Source: Candidatus Falkowbacteria bacterium
GTDB lineage: Bacteria > Patescibacteriota > Patescibacteriia > UBA11705 > JABHMO01
Assembly (NCBI GenBank): GCA_018693855.1
Contig: JABHMO010000043.1
Coordinates: forward strand, 72,154-136,153
Length of the DNA: 64,000 bases
Reading direction: 5' to 3'
Shown here: positions 52,201 to 60,136 of the stretch, in pieces
How the letters are laid out: each line of letters begins with the position of its first letter
Position numbering within the stretch: position 1 is the stretch's first letter
Translations under genes and position numbers: made by a program
The notes under the pieces: generated by a model
What the model was told of the DNA's origin: nothing
Database searches by the model: none
Seen by the model: only the letters and a program-made list of their open reading frames with translations

Positions 52201-54780
52201 AAGAGTATCTTCGTTGGCTAAATAAATATTTCCACTAAAATCAGTTTCAGAAACTTTTGCCCCAAGAATGCTTTCCTTCTGCCAATCATATCCTTGTTCT
52301 ACAGTTAAAAACGATTCAACCTTACCTCCATTTTCAAAAACAATATCGTAAACAGAATCATTCTCAAAATTTTCACCAAACAAATTGAAAACTGTATTAA
52401 CTGGACCATTATTTGGACTTAATTGACAGATACCTGGCCCTGGTTTTTCTGAATTGATTGTAAGGTTAATTGGAGCACTTTCTAAATTAGAAGAACTATA
52501 AACTCGAATCTGGATATCTTTTGTACCAGTTTCAATTGCAACTTCTTCTGGAATCTTCACAGAGATCTCACCATCCGTCCATCCTGATTCACCACAACTT
52601 AGTTCACCAACGTAGGCTCTATCAATATCAATAAAATCAACTCGACCTGCACTATTCCCAAAGTTTACACCTTTTAATGTGATTAACTGCTGTGCTGGAG
52701 CTGGATCTGGATTTACTGAATTGATCTGTGGTAGATTCGCAGGTGCTTCAATCTTAAATTTATATGGATTACTATAAATATCTCGACAGATACAGTCATC
52801 TACCTCATCACAAGTTGAAACTTCTGTACAAGCACAAGTCTCATCACCTATATTATCAATACAATCAGGACACGAGATACATTGTTCCCCTGCCTTTAAC
52901 ACAACAGTACTATAACCATTTGCTAAATTTGGTATTTGTAAATTTGTAATTGATACATTATCCCAAGCACCACCACCTTGCATTGAAGCAATGACTTGAT
53001 CAAAATATAAATCAGAGTCACCTCTACTATTACCGAAACCACTACCTTCTACATTAACTAAACCGGAAACTGGCCCTGCCGCACAATCGGTTTCACCTGA
53101 TTGTTGACACTCTTGCTCTGAGACAGCACAGATGCCGGGCATCTGCAGATTTTCATCATAAACAAAATCATCTTGCCAACCACGATCATTCTCAGTATCA
53201 TCGTACAGTTCGTATCGATTTATGATCTTAACTGGTCCAGTTATTACACCACTATCAGGAACTCTAACGATAATCTGATCATCTCGCCAAGAAGAGTTTG
53301 TATCACAACTAAACTCACCGGTCATATAACCTTCGGAACAGTTTTCACCACTTGAACATGAGAAGTAAACAGAACTAGTATCAGTTTTATAAGACGAGAA
53401 ACCATTTCCAACAATAGTTACAAGATTACCTGGTCCACCACGTGGTAAAACAACATTATCAATCGTTGGCAGGGTCTTGCACTGTCCCTCTAGACAAACT
53501 CCGGATGCACAGTCAGAATCCTGAGTACAACCACCACTACATGACGGGCAAGCAGGATTTGTACTTGAACAATCGATCTCCCCTAGTTCATCACAACAGT
53601 CTGACGGAACAATATTGAAATTTTTCTTTTTTATTTTTGTATGGTCAGCTAGGTCAACTGCTGCTGCCACAACTTTGTGGGAACCTAGTTCATAATCAGA
53701 ACTTTCTGGCCAAGGATCTGAATAAGTATAACTTGTAGGTGAATCATTTAAGACAACCTGATAAATAGTAGAGAAATCTTCCCATGAATCAGCGTCTGCT
53801 AGATCAACTTGGAAAAGTAACATTGATAATGCAACGTCGTCACTTCCAAAGATGGAAACGTCCATAGGAACAGCTGAGCCCTGACAGATACTAGTATTAT
53901 AAGAAGGGTTTTCTATTACAACAGAAGGATCTCTTTTGTCACAAACCGAACCAGTGTTGAATTCAGAGACACAGTCACTTATACCATTACAACTCAGAGT
54001 CAATTTTTCACCATCACGATCAGTTTGTATTGACTGTAATACGTTTGGAGTAACGGTAACTTTATATGCACTATCTTTATCAAAACAGTTTTGATCTTCA
54101 CAATCACTACATACCTTATCTGGCACAAATTTTACAATTCGATTTTCATTAAATAAGTTGAACTCACCAGGAACTTCCTCAAAAGTTCCGTCCACACTTT
54201 TTTCAACCTTAACATTATTCTCTATATCTGTAGCTGAGCTACTATCAAGTGGATAGTTGAACATTAACTTAACAGGGAAAGAGTATAGTACCGTATCGCC
54301 CTCTGGGACAAGGTCTACTTCCAAAGTTCGGAAACCTGATACAACTATCGTACCGTTTCCATTCCCATCACCATCACCTGATGAATTATAATTATTTGCA
54401 TCGAGTAAACTATCAAACACAAAAGCCGTTATAGCATACGCTGACAAAATTATTGCTAGACCTATAGCAGCTGAAATTAAAATCTTTTTCGCGTTACCAA
54501 TCTTCTCTTCACTACCGCCAGCTGTCATGTAGACGAAACCACCATACAGAACTAAGCCTATTGCTAAAACACCAAGAAAACCAAGTATAACTTTCAGTAT
54601 TCTTCCAATAATCGCTTTTGGATCTTCATTTCCAAGATCAGTCTGTTCCGCGACAGTATCCAACCCGTCTTGAATATTATTCTGAGCAAAAATAGGTTGA
54701 ACAGAGAGTAATACGAAAAATAAAGCGACAACTATAAAAATAGCACCAAATAATTTTTTGTTTTTAAGTTTGTTAAGCAT
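46288..54780 (-). CDS. Giant (2830 aa) pilin-anchored surface protein with Ig-like, IPT/TIG, Cys-rich and LamG-like domains
   Basis: TrbC/VirB2-like two-TM motif (YGGFVYMTAGG..KIGNAKK...IGLAIILSAY); IPT repeats (VTIVGNGF, W.D.QI.V.VP); CGNG....EECD repeats; GQALEFDG..WTVSAWI..FDGAIDEF. Confidence 0.85.
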   Translation of the reverse strand: MLNKLKNKKLFGAIFIVVALFFVLLSVQPIFAQNNIQDGLDTVAEQTDLGNEDPKAIIGRILKVILGFLGVLAIGLVLYGGFVYMTAGGSEEKIGNAKKILISAAIGLAIILSAYAITAFVFDSLLDANNYNSSGDGDGNGNGTIVVSGFRTLEVDLVPEGDTVLYSFPVKLMFNYPLDSSSATDIENNVKVEKSVDGTFEEVPGEFNLFNENRIVKFVPDKVCSDCEDQNCFDKDSAYKVTVTPNVLQSIQTDRDGEKLTLSCNGISDCVSEFNTGSVCDKRDPSVVIENPSYNTSICQGSAVPMDVSIFGSDDVALSMLLFQVDLADADSWEDFSTIYQVVLNDSPTSYTYSDPWPESSDYELGSHKVVAAAVDLADHTKIKKKNFNIVPSDCCDELGEIDCSSTNPACPSCSGGCTQDSDCASGVCLEGQCKTLPTIDNVVLPRGGPGNLVTIVGNGFSSYKTDTSSVYFSCSSGENCSEGYMTGEFSCDTNSSWRDDQIIVRVPDSGVITGPVKIINRYELYDDTENDRGWQDDFVYDENLQMPGICAVSEQECQQSGETDCAAGPVSGLVNVEGSGFGNSRGDSDLYFDQVIASMQGGGAWDNVSITNLQIPNLANGYSTVVLKAGEQCISCPDCIDNIGDETCACTEVSTCDEVDDCICRDIYSNPYKFKIEAPANLPQINSVNPDPAPAQQLITLKGVNFGNSAGRVDFIDIDRAYVGELSCGESGWTDGEISVKIPEEVAIETGTKDIQIRVYSSSNLESAPINLTINSEKPGPGICQLSPNNGPVNTVFNLFGENFENDSVYDIVFENGGKVESFLTVEQGYDWQKESILGAKVSETDFSGNIYLANEDTLDAVSNQVGFRVGSCTNNSCLTGETCCSSGICKDIVEGCSEDADFGETEFSWMVSTGALPKYPKVIERSCDAENNLMASPAPMKNKRTVCKNSVISATFNTVMSWPSFEAQATETGQVVKVKTKQCSTPDTTGESIPNCDLDSCSDGDCITTEYATLTAANKLSDNICTTDVDDVTTCETVSRLEIDTPLVGNTWYQVEILGGEFGVAGATASGTDPVYTMPNSYRWKFKTKADDCLPTDIAITPAQGLIETVDEQEIYKVSGLNQCEILNLGDEDWNWQLPFESDRAKVELFGHLCRVYGDQYEICPVVGTFDVDKYISASEYVTVRKDFGIYQIKSDLIQNGLVSADIQTDKSNPITVRTSAAVNVETTTGTVVKNLTKDAGLLIDFIDPKVVNYFPRCDSACINTQIQAHFNTKMNATSVEAPANLKLYPCVTSECVTYGTAVNLNSANINYTYSNDGSGHYVNRLDINLAQDLSPDTSYRAIVMDDVTSVSGENLAGLNYSTQSGSGDCANREDDNENGKIDKTGGYDADGDEKVDFACGCFDSDSNSFKSYAKDPAAAKCKELIAIDFKCQNLVTDELLELTDDFAALLRGTNYTYYSPDKSCELAGDYEGGETVLLDSFSWTFRTKEGDGKCLIDRVEVAPSDFVSQTAGQTVDYVSTPFSVPDSCSATGQPLNAYQYDWDWSSVEDRIATVTAGTYNAAKPDFCSNSCLVVGNNEADLEDADKLCGNGLVDEGEECDTKIGEDLNPYCTASCVWQGFPTCGSLNKLYCQEDTSIECSEKVPINCTCTVPGYSLTPCCGNGILQDLDGVAGIDEECEAICVKDGQSCSYGDDGCVCTMPEGCNNKCLKTGSNQELCGNGVIENSEDPECDTAAGTNVGPYQTATVNPAINTLLADPANVCFTSGGSCLFNFNYLSLFTEGDTDIEAKAVEEAVEVTGSSELSYVTQQCLLPQVTLTDIKPTDNDTDVCTNSLIYATFDGKINPISLNRDSLKLTKEIPANETCPVDLPVVISHYGFDEGSGQSTYDSILNNQAEVVAGVFVDGQVGQALEFDGQDSVVKTSTSSFGQAKPWTVSAWINPASLAAEPKTIFTASADGSNESIGLAVFKGNILLLKTGEKGDPRINNFSGMRIPENVWSHIMISYDGLGNIFVNIDGQGKSKSTFSLVTKVALDDLSIGNRMENPQLDWAGFDGAIDEFTVFEQLLLKDEMTQYYQSITGDGVAVNSLNYKFTKNPVKAVKQSIYNGYQKVKLTVRDLLVKSGWAAAPKRCDVGFNFSVTENSFGNTEVLVVPHYLLGENTKYNLEFNSIENVCGKASSIGTSFTTGDEICRVNNVYINPADRFVTKPNVNAEYQAIAQNYDQPIQSIPNVYSWKWAWNSLDTSIANVGSYVDTEDPSKVNVASFNKNGQTAIEAKTIITDDTVSDSSTGGASVSGYSNLEVFICSKLWAPTDYSGDFSMYGTDSGYLTHLYHKIYNVGLFYCRDLGQPLVKSCYNGQACYDDADCAGIGDQLCRAPLVCSDGVTSCSSDTDCSEIGNGKCLMAGEHDDLPKLKVLSTDIFSDFVEAGQKTPANPDQVIKQCQDGIDNDLNGLSDLEDPKCNDANDNWEEPALLAQYFLSRTDVALDDNFDESEDVISLRIYENPEALAPELWYMKYAPNAGNISSLDIDCLESSTGKFCYQGGKEDNSVYIAAGNISTTGTLYNNIYLLGYNSGANSNTQNIFSQMIETIKFNINNLSEGTTGTTAKQSVMKDIRRVQDINLVHLLLDGYRSQNSNKVPQLESGTYVRGETFSVWPSWQRVFGSMLGGALPVDPDNHFVWEQATTNPTPQGEICQDLSAGSVELYCQGQKQCVVPGQWCSICPSAASDGDHDYDKYTCYSSDVTGANLPEFYSTVYSIISDNPVYHYQALGPNAYNIDFTLDGYAAGYNTEKQGFRFYNEFRVLPKRKTATGDICISGGDCDYIYK

Positions 54781-54890
54781 GGGAAATACTGTAAGTTTTT
54801 ACAAATTACGTATAATTGCAAATAAACAAATTAAGCTTCTACTTTACTAATTTGTACATTTGTAAGTATCTGTAATTAAAAAGATAAAGA
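54781..54890. repeat. Family F-like TACAAAT/ATTTGTA inverted spacer
   Basis: ttacaaattacgtataattgcaaataaacaaatt ... aatttgtacatttgtaa. Confidence 0.5.
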
Positions 54891-56930
54891 CTATCGTCCT
54901 GGTAAGCTACATTCAGATACACCGGCTTGATCTTCAAGCTGGTAAGTGTCTCCAATGTAAACAGGGCAACACGAAGTACCACGATTATTCGCTGTTATAG
55001 AACCACAATCTGTATTTAAGTCTTCTTCTCTACTCGGATTAAAACAGTTTTGTCGCAAATCTTTGACCTGACTTTTTATAACTGGGAAATAGATAGGAAT
55101 AACAGGAGGGTCCGCAGTTTCAAGAGCGCTCGAGAAAGGGCCATGAGTAATAAATATCTTTTTCATATCAGTTACTTTGTTTCCGTCAGCATCAAGATTG
55201 TATCCCATATTAGGATCAACCCAAGCATCAAATGGCTCAGAACCAGATCTTTCACCATAAATTTTCACTTCCCTATCAACTGAGTATGGTTCCAGACTTT
55301 CATTAAACTCTGCTGCTAAAGTTTGATCTACCATAACTTGCTCTGTATTATGATCAGGACTCAAACCAATAATATACGGAGCATCTAAATCAACCTCAGC
55401 ACCTGTTTGGAAACTCCAATCGAAATTATCAAAAGCAGGACCGTCTGATGTACCATTGCTATCACCATCTAAAGAGTTTGACGAAGTATCAACAATTCCC
55501 GTACCAGGTGTTCCAGTATTTCCGTCACCGGTTAATTCAGCCGCCGTAATTAGATTGTCTATTAAAGAATTTTCAGGTAAACAGAAAGCTTTCTCACCAC
55601 AAGTGGTATAAGCTCCTGATGAACATTCCGTACTACTTAAAAACTGAACTGTTTTATATCCATTCAATCCGACTCGCCAATTACCAGGAACATGAGAAGT
55701 TGCGCAGGTTCCATTAGCTTCGCCTGAATTTAGTTTTACTTGAATTTCATTATCATCATCACCAGCGCTACAGTCTTGCAACTGTTCCAATGGTGGAATT
55801 ATCGGTTCACTAAAATTCACTACTATAATTTGATTAAGATAAACACCACCGTCCTCCCCTATCGTGTCATTTTTTATAGTAGCATCTATTCCAGCCTGAT
55901 CTAATGGAATAACTGACTCAACAACTGGTGGAGTCAAATCAAGAAAAGTGCCAGTTACAAAACGCCATTGATAGTCCTGACCAACCGAGAACACGCTATT
56001 TCCATCTGAATTAGTTATAGAGTTAGTTAAGTGAACAATATAAGCAACATCATCGGATTGAGAACCTAAATGCTCAGTTTGACTGTTGCCGTATGGATTG
56101 ATAACAATAGTTCGACGATCAGCTGTTAAGAAAGCATAAGTGTCTCCTGTAGAACCAAGGAAATCACTAGCTGGTGCATCTTCAATAATCAAATCAGCAC
56201 ACTGTCCAGGAGTACGATCAGTATCGTCAGTTGGCCAGTTTCCCATAGCATCACATCGAAATATTCTAATATTGTTTGTTTTTAAGGCTCCGCACATCTT
56301 TCCGTCACCAAGCAAAGCATCAGGACATCCGCTTGAATCAGATAAATCAATTACAGAATTTTCATCAATTGAATCTCTGAATGTAACCATTATCATTGTA
56401 TTTCTAGATACATCATCTTGTTCTGGTTCTGGATAATGACTCTGGATCACACTTCCAAAAGCGCCGCCAGAAAGACTATAACCTTGCGGTCCAATTCCAG
56501 CAATGTTAACTCCTCCACCACCGTCTCTATCACCTATTAAGGAATCAAATATAAAAGCTGTTATTGCATACGCACTTAAAATAATAACTAAACCAATTGC
56601 AGCGTTAATTAAAACTTTCTTTGCTTTATCAACTTTATCTTGTTGACCACCTGCGGTCATGTATAGGAATCCTCCGTACAGGACTAGAGATAAAGCAATC
56701 ACACCAAGGAATCCCATTATTGCTTTAATTATTCCACCAATAATTGAAGTTAAACTATTGGTTGGCAGGTCAGTCTGTTCAGCAATTGCATCAAGATCCT
56801 GATTAATTGTTTCCTGCAAGTCTCCTTGAGCCTGGACAACTGGAGCAAATAAAAAAACCGCCAATAAAAACACAAAACAACTGGCAGTTATTTTAATAAT
56901 TAACTGAAAATTTTTATCAGTTTTTTTCAT
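54891..56930 (-). CDS. Pilin-anchored protein with bacterial Ig-like domains
   Basis: Same VirB2-like two-TM motif (YGGFLYMTAGG..KVDKAKK); repeated P...N..I.V.F.E.I and W.F.TG..D...P motifs. Confidence 0.82.
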   Translation of the reverse strand: MKKTDKNFQLIIKITASCFVFLLAVFLFAPVVQAQGDLQETINQDLDAIAEQTDLPTNSLTSIIGGIIKAIMGFLGVIALSLVLYGGFLYMTAGGQQDKVDKAKKVLINAAIGLVIILSAYAITAFIFDSLIGDRDGGGGVNIAGIGPQGYSLSGGAFGSVIQSHYPEPEQDDVSRNTMIMVTFRDSIDENSVIDLSDSSGCPDALLGDGKMCGALKTNNIRIFRCDAMGNWPTDDTDRTPGQCADLIIEDAPASDFLGSTGDTYAFLTADRRTIVINPYGNSQTEHLGSQSDDVAYIVHLTNSITNSDGNSVFSVGQDYQWRFVTGTFLDLTPPVVESVIPLDQAGIDATIKNDTIGEDGGVYLNQIIVVNFSEPIIPPLEQLQDCSAGDDDNEIQVKLNSGEANGTCATSHVPGNWRVGLNGYKTVQFLSSTECSSGAYTTCGEKAFCLPENSLIDNLITAAELTGDGNTGTPGTGIVDTSSNSLDGDSNGTSDGPAFDNFDWSFQTGAEVDLDAPYIIGLSPDHNTEQVMVDQTLAAEFNESLEPYSVDREVKIYGERSGSEPFDAWVDPNMGYNLDADGNKVTDMKKIFITHGPFSSALETADPPVIPIYFPVIKSQVKDLRQNCFNPSREEDLNTDCGSITANNRGTSCCPVYIGDTYQLEDQAGVSECSLPGR

Positions 56931-56943
56931 CACCTCCAGGAAT

Positions 56944-57010
56944 GAGTTAATACAGTTAATAAAGTTAAAATAGGTTAAACTAAATTAACAAAACATTAAC
57001 AATTTCACTC
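56944..57010. repeat. 9-bp period GTTAA/TTAAC inverted spacer
   Basis: gagttaatacagttaataaagttaaaataggttaa ... ttaacaaaacattaacaatttcactc. Confidence 0.55.
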
Positions 57011-57024
57011 AAATATCAATTTTT

Positions 57025-57468
57025 TTATTTTAGTTTTTCTTCTAAAACTTTTCTAACTACTCCGCCATCAGCCTGGCCACCCACACGCTGCATGACTGCG
57101 CCCATGACTTTTCCGAAATTAGATTTATCTTCATCAGACAAAGTTGTTAAAACTTCATCAACAATCGAACCGATTGATCCTTCATCTAACTGTTCAGGTA
57201 AAAATTTTTCTAAAATTTTTATTTCAGACAGTTCTTTATCTGCCAAATCAGACCGATCAGCAGCTGAAAAAGAATCAGCAGAATCTTTTCTTTTCTTAAC
57301 TTCAGTCTTCAAGACAGCTAGAACTTCTTCATCTTTCAACTCTCGTTTAATTTCGATTTCTTTGTTCTTTAGACTACTTTTCAGCATTCTCAAAACAGAC
57401 AAATCTAGTTCTTGTTTTGCTTTGAAAGCAGTTAAGAATTCTTGTTCGATTTGCTTTTGTAATTGCAT
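57025..57468 (-). CDS. yqeY: GatB/YqeY domain protein
   Basis: LRMLKSSLKN.EI, KKRKDS, FLPEQL, FGKVMGAVM....GQADG. Confidence 0.9.
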   Translation of the reverse strand: MQLQKQIEQEFLTAFKAKQELDLSVLRMLKSSLKNKEIEIKRELKDEEVLAVLKTEVKKRKDSADSFSAADRSDLADKELSEIKILEKFLPEQLDEGSIGSIVDEVLTTLSDEDKSNFGKVMGAVMQRVGGQADGGVVRKVLEEKLK

Positions 57469-57514
57469 AGTAATTATAGCAAAAATTTCTGTTAATTAAA
57501 AACAGTTGTACACA

Positions 57515-57766
57515 TTATCGACCACCTCTTCGTTTACCTTTAAATCGATCTTCAGGTAACTTGCCGATTTTCTTTAGAAATTGAATTTTGTCCTTGTATT
57601 TCTTTCGAGCAACTGCAACAGTCTTTTGCAAATTTCGACTTTCATCCTTTGCGTGATAACGTTTTGATTTGAATTCAAAAATCACACCACTTTGAATAAG
57701 TCTCTTGTTAAATCGTCTCAAAAATGACTCAAATGATTCCCCCTTTTTTCGTTTTGCTTCTAACAT
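57515..57766 (-). CDS. rpsU: 30S ribosomal protein bS21
   Basis: RKKGESFESFLRRF...SG; basic; upstream of yqeY (conserved synteny). Confidence 0.85.
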   Translation of the reverse strand: MLEAKRKKGESFESFLRRFNKRLIQSGVIFEFKSKRYHAKDESRNLQKTVAVARKKYKDKIQFLKKIGKLPEDRFKGKRRGGR

Positions 57767-57773
57767 GTTATAA

Positions 57774-57779
57774 CTCCTT
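57774..57779 (-). promoter_or_regulatory. Shine-Dalgarno motif of rpsU
   Basis: mRNA reads cAAGGAGttataacAUG. Confidence 0.7.
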
Positions 57780-57786
57780 GATTATT

Positions 57787-57852
57787 AGAGGGCTAGAGAG
57801 GGCTACAGAAGGCTTTATCTATACTGAGTCACTCCGGCAAAAGCCGGAGTCT
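57787..57852. repeat. Family E array plus un-nested REP gtcactccgg-caaaag-ccggagtct
   Basis: agagggctagagagggctacagaaggct; outer arms match the element at 33219-33277. Confidence 0.65.
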
Positions 57853-57895
57853 GACCAGATTCAAAAGCCATCCTTATCCTTTTTAACCATCCTAA

Positions 57896-59230
57896 TTATT
57901 TTTTCTTCTTATAAATTTCTTTTAATCTTTTTTTAACTTCAGGAACAACGTTACTTAGACTGATGACTTCTTGGATACCGCTATCTTCTTCTCTGACAAT
58001 GATAGTGCCTTCGGTTACTTCCTTTTGACCTAGAATCAGAATGATTTTTGCTTTACATTTTCGAGCTAGATCCAACTGTGATTTCAGTGCTCCTTTTGAA
58101 AAATTAGCTTTGACTGAAAAATTCTCTGCTCGCAAAGCTTCAAAGAAAGTAAATGCTTTCTGTCTGGCCTGTTCACTCAATTGAGCAACAAACACATCCG
58201 GACCCTTTTTTGCTGGTAATTCAACTTGTTGATGTCGGATTTCAGAGACTAAACGTTCTATTCCAAAACTAAATCCTGACATTGGAGTACTTTCTCCACC
58301 TAGCATTTCAATTAAATTATCACAACGACCACCACCTGCTAAAACAATAGTTTCTCTTCCTTCCTGAGGAGGTGTTGTTATTTCAAAAATAGTTTTCGTA
58401 TAGTAATCAAATGTTCTTGAAAGAGTTGGGTCAAGAGTGTATTCAACTTTCACTTCATCTAGATACTCTAAAACCTTAAATAAATGGTTACGACAGTCAT
58501 CACACAAGAAATCAACTGTTTGCGGAGCATCTTCAAATGCTTTTACACAACGTTGACTGTTACATTGAAAAACTTTCAATGGATCTTTTGTAATCAACTT
58601 TCTTAGATCAGCAGGGATAGCAGCTCGTTTTGATTTCAAGTACTCTGCTAAAACTTTTTTATATTCTGGTCGACATAACGTACAACCGACACTATTTAAT
58701 TTTACTTGTCCATTTATTCCTAAATTTTTCATCAAGAAATGTGCCATGATAACAAGTTCACCATCAATTGCCGCTGACTCGTCTCCAACAATTTCGAAAT
58801 CAACTTGAGAGAACTGTCTCAGTTTATTTGTTTCTATTTTACCTTGACGGAACATTGATCCCCAAGTATAAACTTTTAACGGCATCTGAGAAGCGCTCAT
58901 GTTGTGATCGATAAAAGCTCGAGCAATAGAAGCAGACGCTTCTGGTCTCAAACAAAGTTTTTCACCTCGATCAGTAAAAACAAAAGCCTCTTTTTCTAAA
59001 ACATTATTCTGCCTAAATAAAGAATGATTAAAAAGTTCAAACTTTTCCAAAAGTGGAGTTTCCATACGATGATAACTGTAATCAGAGATCAATCGTCTAA
59101 CCTGATTCTCAACAAAATTCCAATGCTTCGCATCATTTGGCAAAACATCTTTCATACCCTTAACAACGGGTGGAGTTTTAATTGTCTTTATAGGTTCTCT
59201 TGGTTGTTCTTCTTTTTTTCTTCTAGGCAT
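57896..59230 (-). CDS. hisS: Histidine--tRNA ligase-like protein with divergent motifs
   Basis: KGMKDVLP, ETP, LRPE, RQFSQ, DYY, GGGR, FSFGIERL, anticodon-binding domain. Confidence 0.8.
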   Translation of the reverse strand: MPRRKKEEQPREPIKTIKTPPVVKGMKDVLPNDAKHWNFVENQVRRLISDYSYHRMETPLLEKFELFNHSLFRQNNVLEKEAFVFTDRGEKLCLRPEASASIARAFIDHNMSASQMPLKVYTWGSMFRQGKIETNKLRQFSQVDFEIVGDESAAIDGELVIMAHFLMKNLGINGQVKLNSVGCTLCRPEYKKVLAEYLKSKRAAIPADLRKLITKDPLKVFQCNSQRCVKAFEDAPQTVDFLCDDCRNHLFKVLEYLDEVKVEYTLDPTLSRTFDYYTKTIFEITTPPQEGRETIVLAGGGRCDNLIEMLGGESTPMSGFSFGIERLVSEIRHQQVELPAKKGPDVFVAQLSEQARQKAFTFFEALRAENFSVKANFSKGALKSQLDLARKCKAKIILILGQKEVTEGTIIVREEDSGIQEVISLSNVVPEVKKRLKEIYKKKK

Positions 59231-59238
59231 AGAATCGC

Positions 59239-59278
59239 AAGGGGGCTATAGGGGGCGAAGGAGGCTATAGAAAACTAC
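59239..59278. repeat. Family E 10-bp array upstream of hisS
   Basis: aagggggctatagggggcgaaggaggctatag; shares catagaatcgcaagg with 33117-33131. Confidence 0.65.
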
Positions 59279-59359
59279 TTTTGAAAAAGCAAAATCCTAT
59301 TTATTTAGTCTCCTCACCGCACAGCCAATTTGTATATTTGTATTTAAGCTCTAATAAAT

Positions 59360-59941
59360 CTAGTATTCGATATTATCAAAAAAAGTTAATCTCCAGACAG
59401 GCCAACCTCGGAACCAGACTTTTCCGACGATTAGATCTCGATCAACTGGACCAAAACTTCGAGAATCAAGACTGTACTCTCGATTATCACCCAAAACATA
59501 GTATTCATCAGCGCCAAGTGTCCACGTAGTAGTACCTCTGGTTCTAGCACCGTCTTCTAAATAGATTGCTTCATCAAGAATCATTTTCTTATCATCACTA
59601 TGCACGTAAACCATGTTATCTTTTATTTCAACTTTTTCACCCGGTAGTCCGATTATTCTTTTAATGAAATACTGTGATGGATCTTTTGGATATTTGAAAA
59701 CGATAATATCACCTCGGACAGGATCACCAAATCTATAACCAATTTCATTAATGATCAAATACTCATGATCATAAAAACTTGGCTCCATTGAAGCACCTTT
59801 TACATAAAAGGGCTGTATTAAAAAATATCTAACTGGAATAATGATAGCTAATGAAACAGCTACAACCTTGACTAAATCCCAAACAAATTGCAGAGTTTTC
59901 TGCATTGGGCTTAATTCTTCAAAATACTCTCTTTCACTCAT
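59360..59941 (-). CDS. lepB: Signal peptidase I (start moved to MSERE)
   Basis: GASMEPSF, RGDIIVF, FIKRIIGLPG, LGDNREYSLDSR. Confidence 0.95.
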   Translation of the reverse strand: MSEREYFEELSPMQKTLQFVWDLVKVVAVSLAIIIPVRYFLIQPFYVKGASMEPSFYDHEYLIINEIGYRFGDPVRGDIIVFKYPKDPSQYFIKRIIGLPGEKVEIKDNMVYVHSDDKKMILDEAIYLEDGARTRGTTTWTLGADEYYVLGDNREYSLDSRSFGPVDRDLIVGKVWFRGWPVWRLTFFDNIEY

Positions 59942-59948
59942 AAAACAA

Positions 59949-59977
59949 AGAAGGCTATACAGGGCTAAAGAAGGCTT
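59949..59977. repeat. Family E 10-bp array upstream of lepB
   Basis: agaaggctatacagggctaaagaaggctt. Confidence 0.6.
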
Positions 59978-60136
59978 AAAAATAAACAAAATTAAGACCT
60001 TTTTCACTCTCTTAGGTGTTAAGTTGCCATTATTATAACAAATTTTCAAACTTAATGCAAGTTTATCAAATAGAATGTTTTGTTAATAAATTTACAAAAA
60101 GAAAAAGACGACGCAAGACGCCGTCACTAGCAATGT

